In this document: positions 10,539-19,723 of the stretch, one piece after another
How the letters are laid out: every line of letters begins with the position of its first letter
Position numbering within the stretch: the first letter of the stretch is position 1
Assembly (NCBI GenBank): GCA_043818055.1
Contig: JBDRGF010000040.1
Location: 1 to 29,526, forward strand
Reading direction: 5' to 3'
Source of the DNA: Pseudomonadota bacterium
GTDB lineage: Bacteria; UBA10199; 2-02-FULL-44-16; JBDRGF01
Length of the DNA: 29,526 nt
Notes under the pieces: generated by a model
Seen by the model: the letters and a program-made list of their open reading frames with translations, nothing else
Told to the model about the DNA's origin: nothing
The model's database searches: none
Position numbers and translations under genes: made by a program

Positions 10539-12419
10539 TTATATCACCGTAACCTTTGTTTCAGGTGAAAGCCTCTTGAACCGCTCTTCTACATTAATAC
10601 GATCTTTGTCGTCCTTAAAACTTGCGTCTTTGAAGACAACTTTAAAAGGCTTCAAGTCCGCGATCTCATCGACGATCTTAAAATCAATATCATTGTCAAA
10701 ACACGCCACAAGCGCATTGGTTTGAACAATAAAAACTGTATTCTTGCCTATTTTCTTTGTTTCAATAGGAAGAGAAAGTTCTAAACCCAGATCAAGTAAA
10801 ACTTGCGTGAGCAAGTCTTCCGGGGTGCGATCTTCTTTAATATTACTTTCTAAAAACGCAAGCTGTTGCTGATCTAACGAGGCCGGATGATAAAACACAT
10901 CTTTCATATTGCTCGTGTCAGTTTTATAGACCCGGAATCCGATATCGAGTTTGCTCGCGTCAATGGGCTCCTGACCCAATTCTAATTGCTGATTCTTAGC
11001 GTTAAGTTCCTCAACTATTTTCTTGCCCGCACGGCGAATCCTCTCCTTACCGATCTCGACAATGGTTTTATACCCAGCTTTATATGCTTCACTGTTTTCG
11101 TCACAAGGTTCGGGAATTTGCACCATACAGAATTTACGATTCCCGCCATCTTCGGCATTAAGCTGTAACAATGCATCTGCTGTAGTGGCGCTACCTGAAA
11201 AGAAATCAAAGACAACATCATTATTGCCAACAGCAACATTAATTAGATATTTCATGAGTTTAATTGGCTTCGGATTTTCAAACTTTACTTCCGAAATCAA
11301 GTTCTTCAAGTAAACGGTTGTGCTTTGAGCATCAAACACACCCCAATTACTTTTTAGAGCCTTTGTTTCATTGGTCATTTCCCGCATAAATTCTTTTTGT
11401 TTTGGAAGTGAATCTTTCCATAGAATTCGATTTTCTTTGATCATCCTGTCTAATGATTCTTTTGAAAATGCCCAAGTGTTTGTGTACTCCTTGCCTGTAT
11501 TAGGATCGATAATTGTAAATGCATCTTCAATCGGTTTAATTGTACTTTTTATATTAGACTCTCTCCAAGGCCCTCTAGGATCACTATCCGGATTTTTAAA
11601 GCCATCAGATTCTTCATTTCTTTCTTCCCCGATAAATTTAAATTCTTCACTTTTTTGATATGCGACAATATATTCATGAACATTGACCATCATATTTTTA
11701 GGAGGCACGCCTTTTGCCGATGATTTTTTATTCCAAACTATGGAATCGATATAATTCACTTCGCCGAATATTTCATTCATTATCGAAACTAAAGTTGAAT
11801 GCTCGTGTTCATCGATACTTACAAAAATCGCACCATCATCCCTTAACAAATCTTTCGCCACCACTAATCGCTCATACATCATGCTCAGCCAATCCGAATG
11901 AAACCTGCCGTTTGAATCTGTATTTCTGAACAGCTTCCCTCCTTCTTCATCTTCCACACCCAGCTCATCCTCGTATTCATCCTTGCTCTTCTTGAAATCA
12001 TCTTTATAAATAAAGTCATTGCCCGTGTTATACGGCGGATCGATATAGATCATCTTCACTTTTCCCAAATAACTTTCCTGCAAAATCTTTAAAACTTCAA
12101 AATTGTCTCCTTCAATATAAAGATTTTCAGTGGTGTCAAAATTAACGGATTCCTCACGGCACGGACGAAGTGTTTGAGTGATAGGCGTGTTGGCTTTCAG
12201 AAGTGATGCCTTTTTTCCAGGCCAATCCAAACGGTAGCGTTCGTCATCACCCTCTACAACATCCTTAGATAACGCTGTTTTAAGCAAATCAAAATCCACG
12301 GCTTTTTTAAGCGTTCCGTTTTCATCACGCGTTTCGGTGATCACATTAGGAAACAGCTCGGCGATCCGCTCAATATTCTTATCCGTTAAATCCGGCGTCT
12401 GCATTTTCAATTTATTCAT
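10539..12419 (-). CDS. mod: type III restriction-modification DNA methyltransferase (Mod subunit)
   Basis: NLYIEGDNFEVLK, MIYIDPPYNTGND (motif IV), FHSDWLSMMYERL, NPKPIKL, DFFSGSATT (motif I), GKERIRRA; beta-class motif order. Confidence 0.95.
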   Translation of the reverse strand: MNKLKMQTPDLTDKNIERIAELFPNVITETRDENGTLKKAVDFDLLKTALSKDVVEGDDERYRLDWPGKKASLLKANTPITQTLRPCREESVNFDTTENLYIEGDNFEVLKILQESYLGKVKMIYIDPPYNTGNDFIYKDDFKKSKDEYEDELGVEDEEGGKLFRNTDSNGRFHSDWLSMMYERLVVAKDLLRDDGAIFVSIDEHEHSTLVSIMNEIFGEVNYIDSIVWNKKSSAKGVPPKNMMVNVHEYIVAYQKSEEFKFIGEERNEESDGFKNPDSDPRGPWRESNIKSTIKPIEDAFTIIDPNTGKEYTNTWAFSKESLDRMIKENRILWKDSLPKQKEFMREMTNETKALKSNWGVFDAQSTTVYLKNLISEVKFENPKPIKLMKYLINVAVGNNDVVFDFFSGSATTADALLQLNAEDGGNRKFCMVQIPEPCDENSEAYKAGYKTIVEIGKERIRRAGKKIVEELNAKNQQLELGQEPIDASKLDIGFRVYKTDTSNMKDVFYHPASLDQQQLAFLESNIKEDRTPEDLLTQVLLDLGLELSLPIETKKIGKNTVFIVQTNALVACFDNDIDFKIVDEIADLKPFKVVFKDASFKDDKDRINVEERFKRLSPETKVTVI

Positions 12420-13351
12420 TATTTATCTCCCTTTAATTTATCCAAAATATCTCGCGCGGAAATACTCAATTTTGAGAAAGCGAACCATTTTTTTCCAGCG
12501 TCCTTCAACGAAGCTCCAAAATGATAGACAACGCTTTTATCAAGAATAATAAATCGATCATGCGCTGATTTAAGTTCCTTGACGCTGATAGGTTCATATT
12601 GTTCATTAAACTTCCGCACGTCCTGTTCGAACACGCCGGAAATATTTTTTGTGTAGACATCGACCGTAACGCCTTTTCGTCTTTTTGCGAACAATTTTAA
12701 AACACTGTCATCAATGTAATTATCGATGATAACCAATGATGTTTTCGCGCTGCGGATGATTTCAGCGATCAGCTCATAAGCGTCAAATATCTGTCCGTCG
12801 TAAAATATGCCGTATTCTTTGTGTAATTGGTTTTTCTCAAGCGCGTCAAAAAGAAGCTCGAATCTTTTATCATTTTCCTTCATGTGTATAATTTGTTTGG
12901 TTTCCAGCTTATCAAGTCTTTGAAAAATTTCCGCGTTCCGGATCAGGAATTTACGCATTTCAACAAACGCTTTCATGATTTTAATACTGATATCTACCGC
13001 GGTTTTACTGTGTAGAACCGCGGATAACATAGCAACTCCCTGCTCTGTGAAAACATACGGAACGGACGTGGAATGCTTGAGACTGGCGAACCGGTCGCAA
13101 TTTGCGACCAGTTCAGCGAATTCCTTTTTTGACAACTGAAATCTAAATTCTGGCGGGAACCGGTCGATATTTCTTTTTACCTGTTCATTTAACCTTTTCG
13201 TCTCAACTTGATAGAGCTCCGCCAAATCCCGATCGAGCATAACCTGCTTGTCACAAAAAATGAATATTTTATTCGTAACATCCATCTGAAATTGCGTCTG
13301 TTCACTCTTTACTAAAGAACGGCTCTTTCCCCCCGTGTTATCTCTCTTCAT
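12419..13351 (-). CDS. ORF6N-domain DNA-binding protein with C-terminal PLD-like domain
   Basis: QVMLDRDLAELYQVETKRLNEQVKRNIDRFP..F.FQL and PYVFTEQGVAMLSAVL.S (ORF6N); C-terminal IIDNYID...HDRFIILD...YHFGASLKDAGKKWF. Confidence 0.88.
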   Translation of the reverse strand: MKRDNTGGKSRSLVKSEQTQFQMDVTNKIFIFCDKQVMLDRDLAELYQVETKRLNEQVKRNIDRFPPEFRFQLSKKEFAELVANCDRFASLKHSTSVPYVFTEQGVAMLSAVLHSKTAVDISIKIMKAFVEMRKFLIRNAEIFQRLDKLETKQIIHMKENDKRFELLFDALEKNQLHKEYGIFYDGQIFDAYELIAEIIRSAKTSLVIIDNYIDDSVLKLFAKRRKGVTVDVYTKNISGVFEQDVRKFNEQYEPISVKELKSAHDRFIILDKSVVYHFGASLKDAGKKWFAFSKLSISARDILDKLKGDK

Positions 13352-13352
13352 C

Positions 13353-13994
13353 TTATGACTCCTCTTTAATCTTGCGAAGCTGGTTCTTTTTCTCCAGCAA
13401 TATTTTGTTCAGTTCAACTTTACGATTAAACTGCTTTTCCTTTGATATTTTGTTTTCTAAAACTCCAATTTCATTTTCCAACGCCTTGATCTTGTTGTCT
13501 GTATCGACGATCTCATGAAAACTGGCTTTTGTCCTCGCTTCATTTATGATAAAAACCTTGATGATCTTTTGATAAACCTTCTCCAGATCGATCCCGGTAA
13601 AGTCAAACACCTTATCTTCGTTCCAGTCTGAAAAATAATAATTCTCCGGTTTCTGCCCTTTTAAAGTGACTGCATAAGCCTCGCTATCTTTATAAACAAA
13701 CCGATACAAGATTTGATACGGAATTGCTTTATCAATAACCTTCAAAACATTTTTTGGAATAACCTGCTCTTTCAACTCTATTTCAAATATCTGGATTTCA
13801 GTGACTTTATCCGTTTTGGCAATGCCGACTGTGCCTTCCGCCAACTTGTATTTCCATGTGATCTTTTGGATCTTATCAATAAATTCCTTTTGCAACTTGG
13901 CGCTTAAAGCCGCTTTTTCATAAAATTTATTCTTTGCGATAAATTTATTAACAAAAGCCGCTTTGGGCAATTTAAAGCTGTCACTCGCCATCAC
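13353..13994 (-). CDS. DUF4391 domain protein
   Basis: IQKITWKYKL, EIQIFEIELK, IDKAIPY and C-terminal coiled coil KEKQFNRKVELN; usual position between the helicase and mod. Confidence 0.85.
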   Translation of the reverse strand: MMASDSFKLPKAAFVNKFIAKNKFYEKAALSAKLQKEFIDKIQKITWKYKLAEGTVGIAKTDKVTEIQIFEIELKEQVIPKNVLKVIDKAIPYQILYRFVYKDSEAYAVTLKGQKPENYYFSDWNEDKVFDFTGIDLEKVYQKIIKVFIINEARTKASFHEIVDTDNKIKALENEIGVLENKISKEKQFNRKVELNKILLEKKNQLRKIKEES

Positions 13995-16900
13995 TTGATC
14001 ACCACAAAGGTCAAAAGCTCAAAATCCTCCAGACCTTTAATATTGTTCATGAGCGCGGTCGTTCCTCCGGGCGAAAACAAGCTATCCACATCACTTTCAT
14101 CTTTCACATGAAGAACAGACTCAATAGCTTTATTTAACAGCTGGGAATATTTTGTCATATTCTTTCCGTCATCGGTTTCCTCATTAAACAGATCGTAAAC
14201 TTCCTGTATGGCTTCGCTGTTGCCTTTAGAAATCGCACGCAAAATATCCAGCGTTGTTTTTACATTCAAATGATTAGATAAAACATCTCCATTTGCTGTT
14301 ATATAAACCAAATAAAACGGATGAAGCTGATTGGTTTTATCAATATTGACCCCGGCATTGATATTTCTTAATACAAAAATGACGCCCGGCTCAATTCCGC
14401 GCTCCATATCCTTCTTGCAGACCGCGTGCATCCCATTGGGAAGATTCGCCATACTGCCGTTTTCTTTGATGTAATTGACCAAATCCATACGGAAATCATT
14501 CAAGCCCAAATCAGTTATGGAAACCCCGGATCCCATATCTTCGATATCCACAACCTCTTCCTGCAGTTTTTCCAACTGCTTTTTCCTGAACAACAGATCC
14601 GAAGATTTATTAGTCAGGACGTTATCTTCGCCAGTTGCTGTCGCATCGACCATAAACATCTTGCTTTCAACACGATTCTTTAAATTAATATAATCATCAA
14701 GGGATAATTGAGGCCAGAAGTTGATCAGCTGAATATCGGTATTTGTTGAACCGATTCTATCAATACGCCCGAAGCGTTGAATGATACGCACCGGATTCCA
14801 ATGGATATCGTAATTAATGAGCATATCGCAATCCTGCAGGTTCTGCCCTTCAGAGATACAATCCGTGGCGATCAGAACATCAATTTCGGGGGCTTCTTTA
14901 TTTCTTCGCTCTTTAGATCGAGGGGAAAAATTGATCAGGATATTATTAAAACTGTGGTCTGGCGTAAGAGTTGTCAAATTTTTATCAGAGCCCGTCACTT
15001 TGGCAGTCTCTAAATTGAGTGATTTATTATAGTCAACGATATTCTCATACAGATAATTGACTGTGTCCGCGAACGCGCTGAATATCAATATTTTACGGTT
15101 CCCGGGATTGATAGGATGCTCCAGTTTGTTTTTGATAAAGGCTTTTAAGTCCTGAAGCTTTTTATCATGCCGAGGTATCACTTTTTGCATTTCTTTAAAT
15201 ATTGCCCTAGCAACTGAAACATCCAATTCCAAATCCTGCTTCCACCCGGACGTGTTCATATCCTCTAAATTTACTTTAACTTTTCCTCCGACGCTAAATT
15301 CATCATTCAACCAATCATCATTATCAGCATCCAGATTGATATCATTGAACTGGGTGGATTCAATTACTGTTTGAACACCCGTTCTCTCAAATGCTTCAAT
15401 TTTTTCAATAGTCAGCTCAATCTCTTTGATAAATTTACCTAAAGTGATCCTGAAAGAATCAACAGAACTCTCTAACCTTTTCAGAAAATTAACCCGCATC
15501 AACGTTTGAAGGTTTTTCTCACGGTGAATTTGTTTAAAACTGGTATTTTCATCAAGCTTTGTGTCGTAGACCTCGCTGTAAAACTCCCGCTTCGTGTCCA
15601 ATATGTATTCTGTCGGGGAATAAATCGACATCGATAACCTGGAAAGCTCATCGTAAAGTTCAGATATTTCCATAAAGCCATCCAAATCGGTGATATCAGC
15701 ATGATGCGTGATCGGTTTTAATCTGTTGGGGAATTTCCCGATCTTGTTTATATCGTAATACTTCTCAATATGTTTTCGACTTCGGGCTATTGTGACGCTG
15801 TCTAATAATTTAAAGAAATCAAAATTCGCGTTGAGACGTTTCAACAAATCTTGGCTGGTTCTTTCTTCCAATGGCAGTTTTGACCATTCATTAAATACCC
15901 TCTGGGCGTTGGTCAGAATAGTTTCAATCGATTTATCCGCGTCCATTTTTCCATCGACAATGTTTGTCTCGCCCTCACAAGCCAAAGCAATCTGATTCTT
16001 CAAATCAGTAAACCTGTTGTTAACCGGAGTTGCCGAAAGCATCAGGACTTTCGTTTTAACACCTGCCTTCATAACATCATTAAGAAGCCTTTGATAGCGG
16101 GTTATCCTGTCTTTTCGAGGGTCATTGTTTCTGAAATTATGCGATTCATCTATAACGACAAGGTCATAATTCCCCCAATTGATCCTTGATAAATCTATGC
16201 CATTTGATTCTCCCCGGTCACGCGATAGATCTGTATGATACAAAACATCGTAATTCAGGCGATCTTTGATCAGCGGGTTGTCATCATAATTGTTTAAAAA
16301 CGTCTGCCAATTATCCCCTAACCTTTTCGGACAAAGAACAAGCACCGTGCGGTTTCTCTCCTGATAATATTTGATTACAGCTAACGCAGAAAATGTTTTT
16401 CCAAGCCCGACGCTGTCGGCAAGAATACATCCGTTATGACGTTCCAGCTTATTAATGATCCCCAAAGCGGCATCCTTCTGGAAATCGTAAAGCTTGTTCC
16501 AAATAGCAGAATTCTTAAATCCGGTTTTCTCGTTTGCGAGTTCGTCTTCCGATATATCTTCTAAAAATTCATCAAAGATATTAAAGAGCGTTAAATAGTA
16601 GATAAATTCGGGGGAGTTTTCTTTATAGAGATTCGCGATATATCCGACGACATCATCGGTCACATCCTTTAATACAGATTCATCATTCCATATCTCTTCA
16701 AAATTTTGAATGAACTGTTTCGTGGTTTCAAAATCATCGGTCTTGATAATTTGATGCAGAATCGAATTATTTTTCTCGTAACCAAACCCTGCACTGCTGA
16801 ATTCATTTATCCCCATATAAACGTCTTTATTCTCGCCGTTCACCAACGTTATATGAGGCTGAATATATTTATCGCCGACATTTGTTTTAAACGTTACTTT

Positions 16901-17236
16901 TTGTTCAATCCATTTCTTGCATTCCTTGGCTATCGCCTTGCCTTTAAGTTCATTCTTTAAATTAATTTCAAATTCTGAACCGCCAATAGACTTTTGCCTA
17001 AGATCCGCTCTAATTTGGAACTGTTTCTTTTCTCTTTTGTTTTTATCAACTTCAATAAAGGTGGGATCAGTGAAGATAAAATCTAATTTTTCAACTTTCT
17101 TGAGCTCATTTTTCAAACATTCAAACCCATAGATCGTAAAGATACCAGCCGCGACCTGAAGCCTGCTTTCCTTCCCGATGCATTTCTTAAAATCATCGCC
17201 AACTTTTTCAGTTTTATTGTTAAAACTTTGAATCAT
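13991..17236 (-). CDS. SNF2-like SF2 helicase/ATPase with degenerate N-terminal PLD-like region
   Basis: ILADSVGLGKT, VIDESHNFRN, LSATPVNN, KRLESS, ISEGQNLQD, YDIHWNPVRIIQRFGRIDRIGS. Confidence 0.92.
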   Translation of the reverse strand: MIQSFNNKTEKVGDDFKKCIGKESRLQVAAGIFTIYGFECLKNELKKVEKLDFIFTDPTFIEVDKNKREKKQFQIRADLRQKSIGGSEFEINLKNELKGKAIAKECKKWIEQKVTFKTNVGDKYIQPHITLVNGENKDVYMGINEFSSAGFGYEKNNSILHQIIKTDDFETTKQFIQNFEEIWNDESVLKDVTDDVVGYIANLYKENSPEFIYYLTLFNIFDEFLEDISEDELANEKTGFKNSAIWNKLYDFQKDAALGIINKLERHNGCILADSVGLGKTFSALAVIKYYQERNRTVLVLCPKRLGDNWQTFLNNYDDNPLIKDRLNYDVLYHTDLSRDRGESNGIDLSRINWGNYDLVVIDESHNFRNNDPRKDRITRYQRLLNDVMKAGVKTKVLMLSATPVNNRFTDLKNQIALACEGETNIVDGKMDADKSIETILTNAQRVFNEWSKLPLEERTSQDLLKRLNANFDFFKLLDSVTIARSRKHIEKYYDINKIGKFPNRLKPITHHADITDLDGFMEISELYDELSRLSMSIYSPTEYILDTKREFYSEVYDTKLDENTSFKQIHREKNLQTLMRVNFLKRLESSVDSFRITLGKFIKEIELTIEKIEAFERTGVQTVIESTQFNDINLDADNDDWLNDEFSVGGKVKVNLEDMNTSGWKQDLELDVSVARAIFKEMQKVIPRHDKKLQDLKAFIKNKLEHPINPGNRKILIFSAFADTVNYLYENIVDYNKSLNLETAKVTGSDKNLTTLTPDHSFNNILINFSPRSKERRNKEAPEIDVLIATDCISEGQNLQDCDMLINYDIHWNPVRIIQRFGRIDRIGSTNTDIQLINFWPQLSLDDYINLKNRVESKMFMVDATATGEDNVLTNKSSDLLFRKKQLEKLQEEVVDIEDMGSGVSITDLGLNDFRMDLVNYIKENGSMANLPNGMHAVCKKDMERGIEPGVIFVLRNINAGVNIDKTNQLHPFYLVYITANGDVLSNHLNVKTTLDILRAISKGNSEAIQEVYDLFNEETDDGKNMTKYSQLLNKAIESVLHVKDESDVDSLFSPGGTTALMNNIKGLEDFELLTFVVIK

Positions 17237-17325
17237 TTATGCGATTGTCCTTTGTTTTTCTTGTTCCCGTGGGCAAAGGAATAGGACTTTGACCACTGAT
17301 CTATATCATCCTTGCGAAAGTACCT
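17233..17325 (-). pseudogene. 3' remnant of a small excisionase-like (HTH_17) regulator
   Basis: Reads RYFRKDDIDQWSKSYSFAHGNKKNKGQSHK*, with its TGA overlapping the helicase ATG (ATGA). FRKxDIDxW resembles the HTH_17 C-terminus. In-frame TAG codons lie immediately upstream and there is no start codon. Confidence 0.5.
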
Positions 17326-17600
17326 CTAGCCCTACTTAACTCATACAAATAGTATTTTACATGATGATTTGCGATCTTCATCTGTATAATAATTCAATGT
17401 TTTTTATTAATATCTTGCCTATCATAGCACTCTTGTGTTGGCAATTTAAAAACTTCTTTTGATACAGGCAGTTACACGAACAATTCAACCTTGTCTTCCA
17501 CACTGTAATAGGAACTTTTTGAAAAAGCAGACAGAAAATCAGGGTAAAACCAGTTGATGGTACGGAAGCAGAGGCGTGATTATTGACTTAAGAGAGACTA

Positions 17601-17628
17601 TTAATTGGTTATTGTTAATTGTTAATTG
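17601..17628 (-). repeat. four heptamer tandem repeats (CAATTAA type on the minus strand)
   Basis: ttaattg gttattg ttaattg ttaattg, overlapping the stop codon of the nucleotidyltransferase. Confidence 0.65.
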
Positions 17629-18301
17629 ATTCTTGGTATTTCTGCAGGTCGCCGATATCGATCCACCGGCCATCATAGAAGTATGATGAAAGAATCTTCC
17701 CTTCTGAGAGGAGCTTTTTGAATCCATCATTGACAAGGCAGGATGGAATGCCCTTTGGAGGCAAAATATCCAAAACCTTTTGAGACAAAATTTGTAAGCC
17801 TGTATAAAAATATTCGCCCTTGCCGAAAGATTTAATTTCCCCCGCGTTGTCTATATCGATCGGCGTGTAGCTCTCCCCATCCGTTAGGCGTTTGACGACC
17901 AAAGTTGCAGCGGGGGTTTTTGATTCGTGTTTTTGGATAACCTCTTTGAGATCTACATCCATTATGAGATCGCAGTTGGTTACAACAAAATCCGCACCCT
18001 CAAAAAAATCTACTGCATTCTTGATGCCGCCGCCGGTGCCTAAAATCTCTGGTTCTTCGGAGTAAGCGATTTTCATCCCATATTTTTCACTCCCCAGATA
18101 CGCGCGAATCTGTTCCCCAAGATGGTGAAGGTTGACGATCACATGTTTAATGCCACCTTTTGAAAGTCGCTCCAGAGAAAAATCTATCAGGCGTTTTTCA
18201 CCGATCGGGAGAAGCGCTTTGGGCGTCTCAAATGTGAGCGGCCTCATGCGCGTACCCAAACCTGCTGCCAATACCATCCCTTTATTAATCTTTTTCATCA
18301 C
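17615..18301 (-). CDS. murU: sugar-phosphate nucleotidyltransferase, MurU-like (MurNAc-1-P uridylyltransferase)
   Basis: GMVLAAGLGTRMRPLTFETPKALLPIG, VNLHHL, EILGTGGGI, WIDIG; 228 aa; downstream of an AmgK-like kinase. Start is GTG 18301 or ATG 18298. Confidence 0.8.
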   Translation of the reverse strand: MMKKINKGMVLAAGLGTRMRPLTFETPKALLPIGEKRLIDFSLERLSKGGIKHVIVNLHHLGEQIRAYLGSEKYGMKIAYSEEPEILGTGGGIKNAVDFFEGADFVVTNCDLIMDVDLKEVIQKHESKTPAATLVVKRLTDGESYTPIDIDNAGEIKSFGKGEYFYTGLQILSQKVLDILPPKGIPSCLVNDGFKKLLSEGKILSSYFYDGRWIDIGDLQKYQESINN

Positions 18302-19635
18302 TTTTCCTTGGCTATATATCTTGTGGCTTTTCCAGTCCCAGTTTTTTCTATCAACCCCAACTCGATGAGAGCATTGAGCTCTCTCAAAGCTGTGTCTTCG
18401 CTAACACCAAGATGCTTTCCACATTCGTTGCGAGACACGTTCTTGTGTGTGTTGATGAAATGAAGCAAATTCCTAGCCCTGTCAGAGATTGTCATTTTTT
18501 CACTATCAAAAACCTTCTTTTTGAATACTATATTGAAAAAGTTCGTTGCATGAATTTCTGGGGGAGGATTGCCAGCCGCATTCATCGCTTTAAACATTCT
18601 GACCATCCCGCTGCCAACTTTTTCAATGTAACCGACCCTAAAAAAGAGCTCTGCTATCAAACGATTTCTCCTCACGCTGCGTTTTCCTAAATCTTCTATT
18701 GTGAGACCTTTAAATAGACCTCCCGGGTTTTCGATCTCTATGCGATCGCTGAAGATGTGCAGGTAAATGTGAGAGGTATCATAAAAATAGTCTCTGTGCG
18801 TTGCTGCATTGATGACCGCTTCACGAATAGCGTCCAGCGGATATTCGGCAATCGTCTGATGTTGAGGAGATGATCCGACGATTATCTCTTCAGCGGTGTT
18901 TCGCTTAACGAAGTTTATGGTTTCATCGACCTGGACGATAAGATTTCCACGCAGATCCTTTCTATCTATTATCGAACCCCTGTCGATTCCCCGATATCGC
19001 ACTGCTGTAACATACGCCTCAGGAAAAAATTTTTGAGGATCCTTCGCAAAAAAGAGGACTGCTGCGTTGGTAAAAAGCATCTCACCCTTTTGTTTTTCAG
19101 CAGCATTTAAGTTGATGAGTAAATCCTTCGCAGTAAAATTTACGGATATGTTGGAGAGCTTCAGAAATGATTCAAAATATTCTGTTGAAAAGTCTGTTTT
19201 AAAATTAAATTTTTTGTTGATCTGTTCATCGAAGCGTATCCTTCCCTCACCGATCGCAAAGCTTACTATTTCATCCCTTGTCAGTTTTTGTGTGTTTGCA
19301 CCAACTCTCAGGTAAAAGCCACTTTTACATCTATAAGGCTTATCTTCTCCTCCCCTTACGATGATTTCCAAAATATTCTGGAATTTTTCAATATGAATTT
19401 TAATCGGCGGGTCACAATTTCTTGCGATATCGTAGATCTGACTTATTGTAGCGTTATCCTGCTTTGTTCCCACTATTTTATTTTCGTCGTTTATTCCTAA
19501 AAATATCGATCCCCCCATTGAATTTGCAAAACCCACCATCTCCTTGTCCAGATTGGATAAATTCTCTTTGAATTCAATTAGTTGCCCCTCACCTTCTTGC
19601 ATGACGAGGTTAATTTTTTTATCCATATGTTCCAT
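18298..19635 (-). CDS. AlbA_2 (Schlafen-like) + HATPase_c_4 + winged-HTH protein
   Basis: EGEGQLIEFKE...FANSMGGSIFLGIND (AlbA_2); IREAVINAATHRDY, IENPGGL, RN.LIA, IEKVGSG (GHKL-like); C-terminal LGVSEDTALRELNALIELGLIEKTGTGKATRY. Confidence 0.9.
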   Translation of the reverse strand: MEHMDKKINLVMQEGEGQLIEFKENLSNLDKEMVGFANSMGGSIFLGINDENKIVGTKQDNATISQIYDIARNCDPPIKIHIEKFQNILEIIVRGGEDKPYRCKSGFYLRVGANTQKLTRDEIVSFAIGEGRIRFDEQINKKFNFKTDFSTEYFESFLKLSNISVNFTAKDLLINLNAAEKQKGEMLFTNAAVLFFAKDPQKFFPEAYVTAVRYRGIDRGSIIDRKDLRGNLIVQVDETINFVKRNTAEEIIVGSSPQHQTIAEYPLDAIREAVINAATHRDYFYDTSHIYLHIFSDRIEIENPGGLFKGLTIEDLGKRSVRRNRLIAELFFRVGYIEKVGSGMVRMFKAMNAAGNPPPEIHATNFFNIVFKKKVFDSEKMTISDRARNLLHFINTHKNVSRNECGKHLGVSEDTALRELNALIELGLIEKTGTGKATRYIAKEK

Positions 19636-19690
19636 TTTTCCCTTTATTTTACAAGAAGCTACAGCTCTTCTCCAAATTTGTCAACCAAAA

Positions 19691-19723
19691 TGCGGCGTAT
19701 TTGCGGCGTATTTGCGGCGTATT
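19691..19723. repeat. three perfect 11-bp tandem repeats TGCGGCGTATT
   Basis: Read directly; abuts the stop codon of the kinase gene and lies upstream of the AlbA gene. Confidence 0.9.

Noticed and set aside
10539..12419. Phase-variable mod (phasevarion)
   Set aside because: No simple sequence repeat tract seen in the gene, and the frame is intact.
13991..17236. DISARM or BREX assignment for the SNF2 helicase
   Set aside because: No drmA/drmB (DUF1998) or pglZ/brxC partners in the window; the neighbours are type III mod/res.
7507..17328. 9-bp inverted match (TAGAGGTAC at 7507 / GTACCTCTA at 17320) at both ends of the R-M cluster as transposon ends
   Set aside because: Too short, the left copy is already explained by the MITE TIR, and there is no transposase or target duplication.
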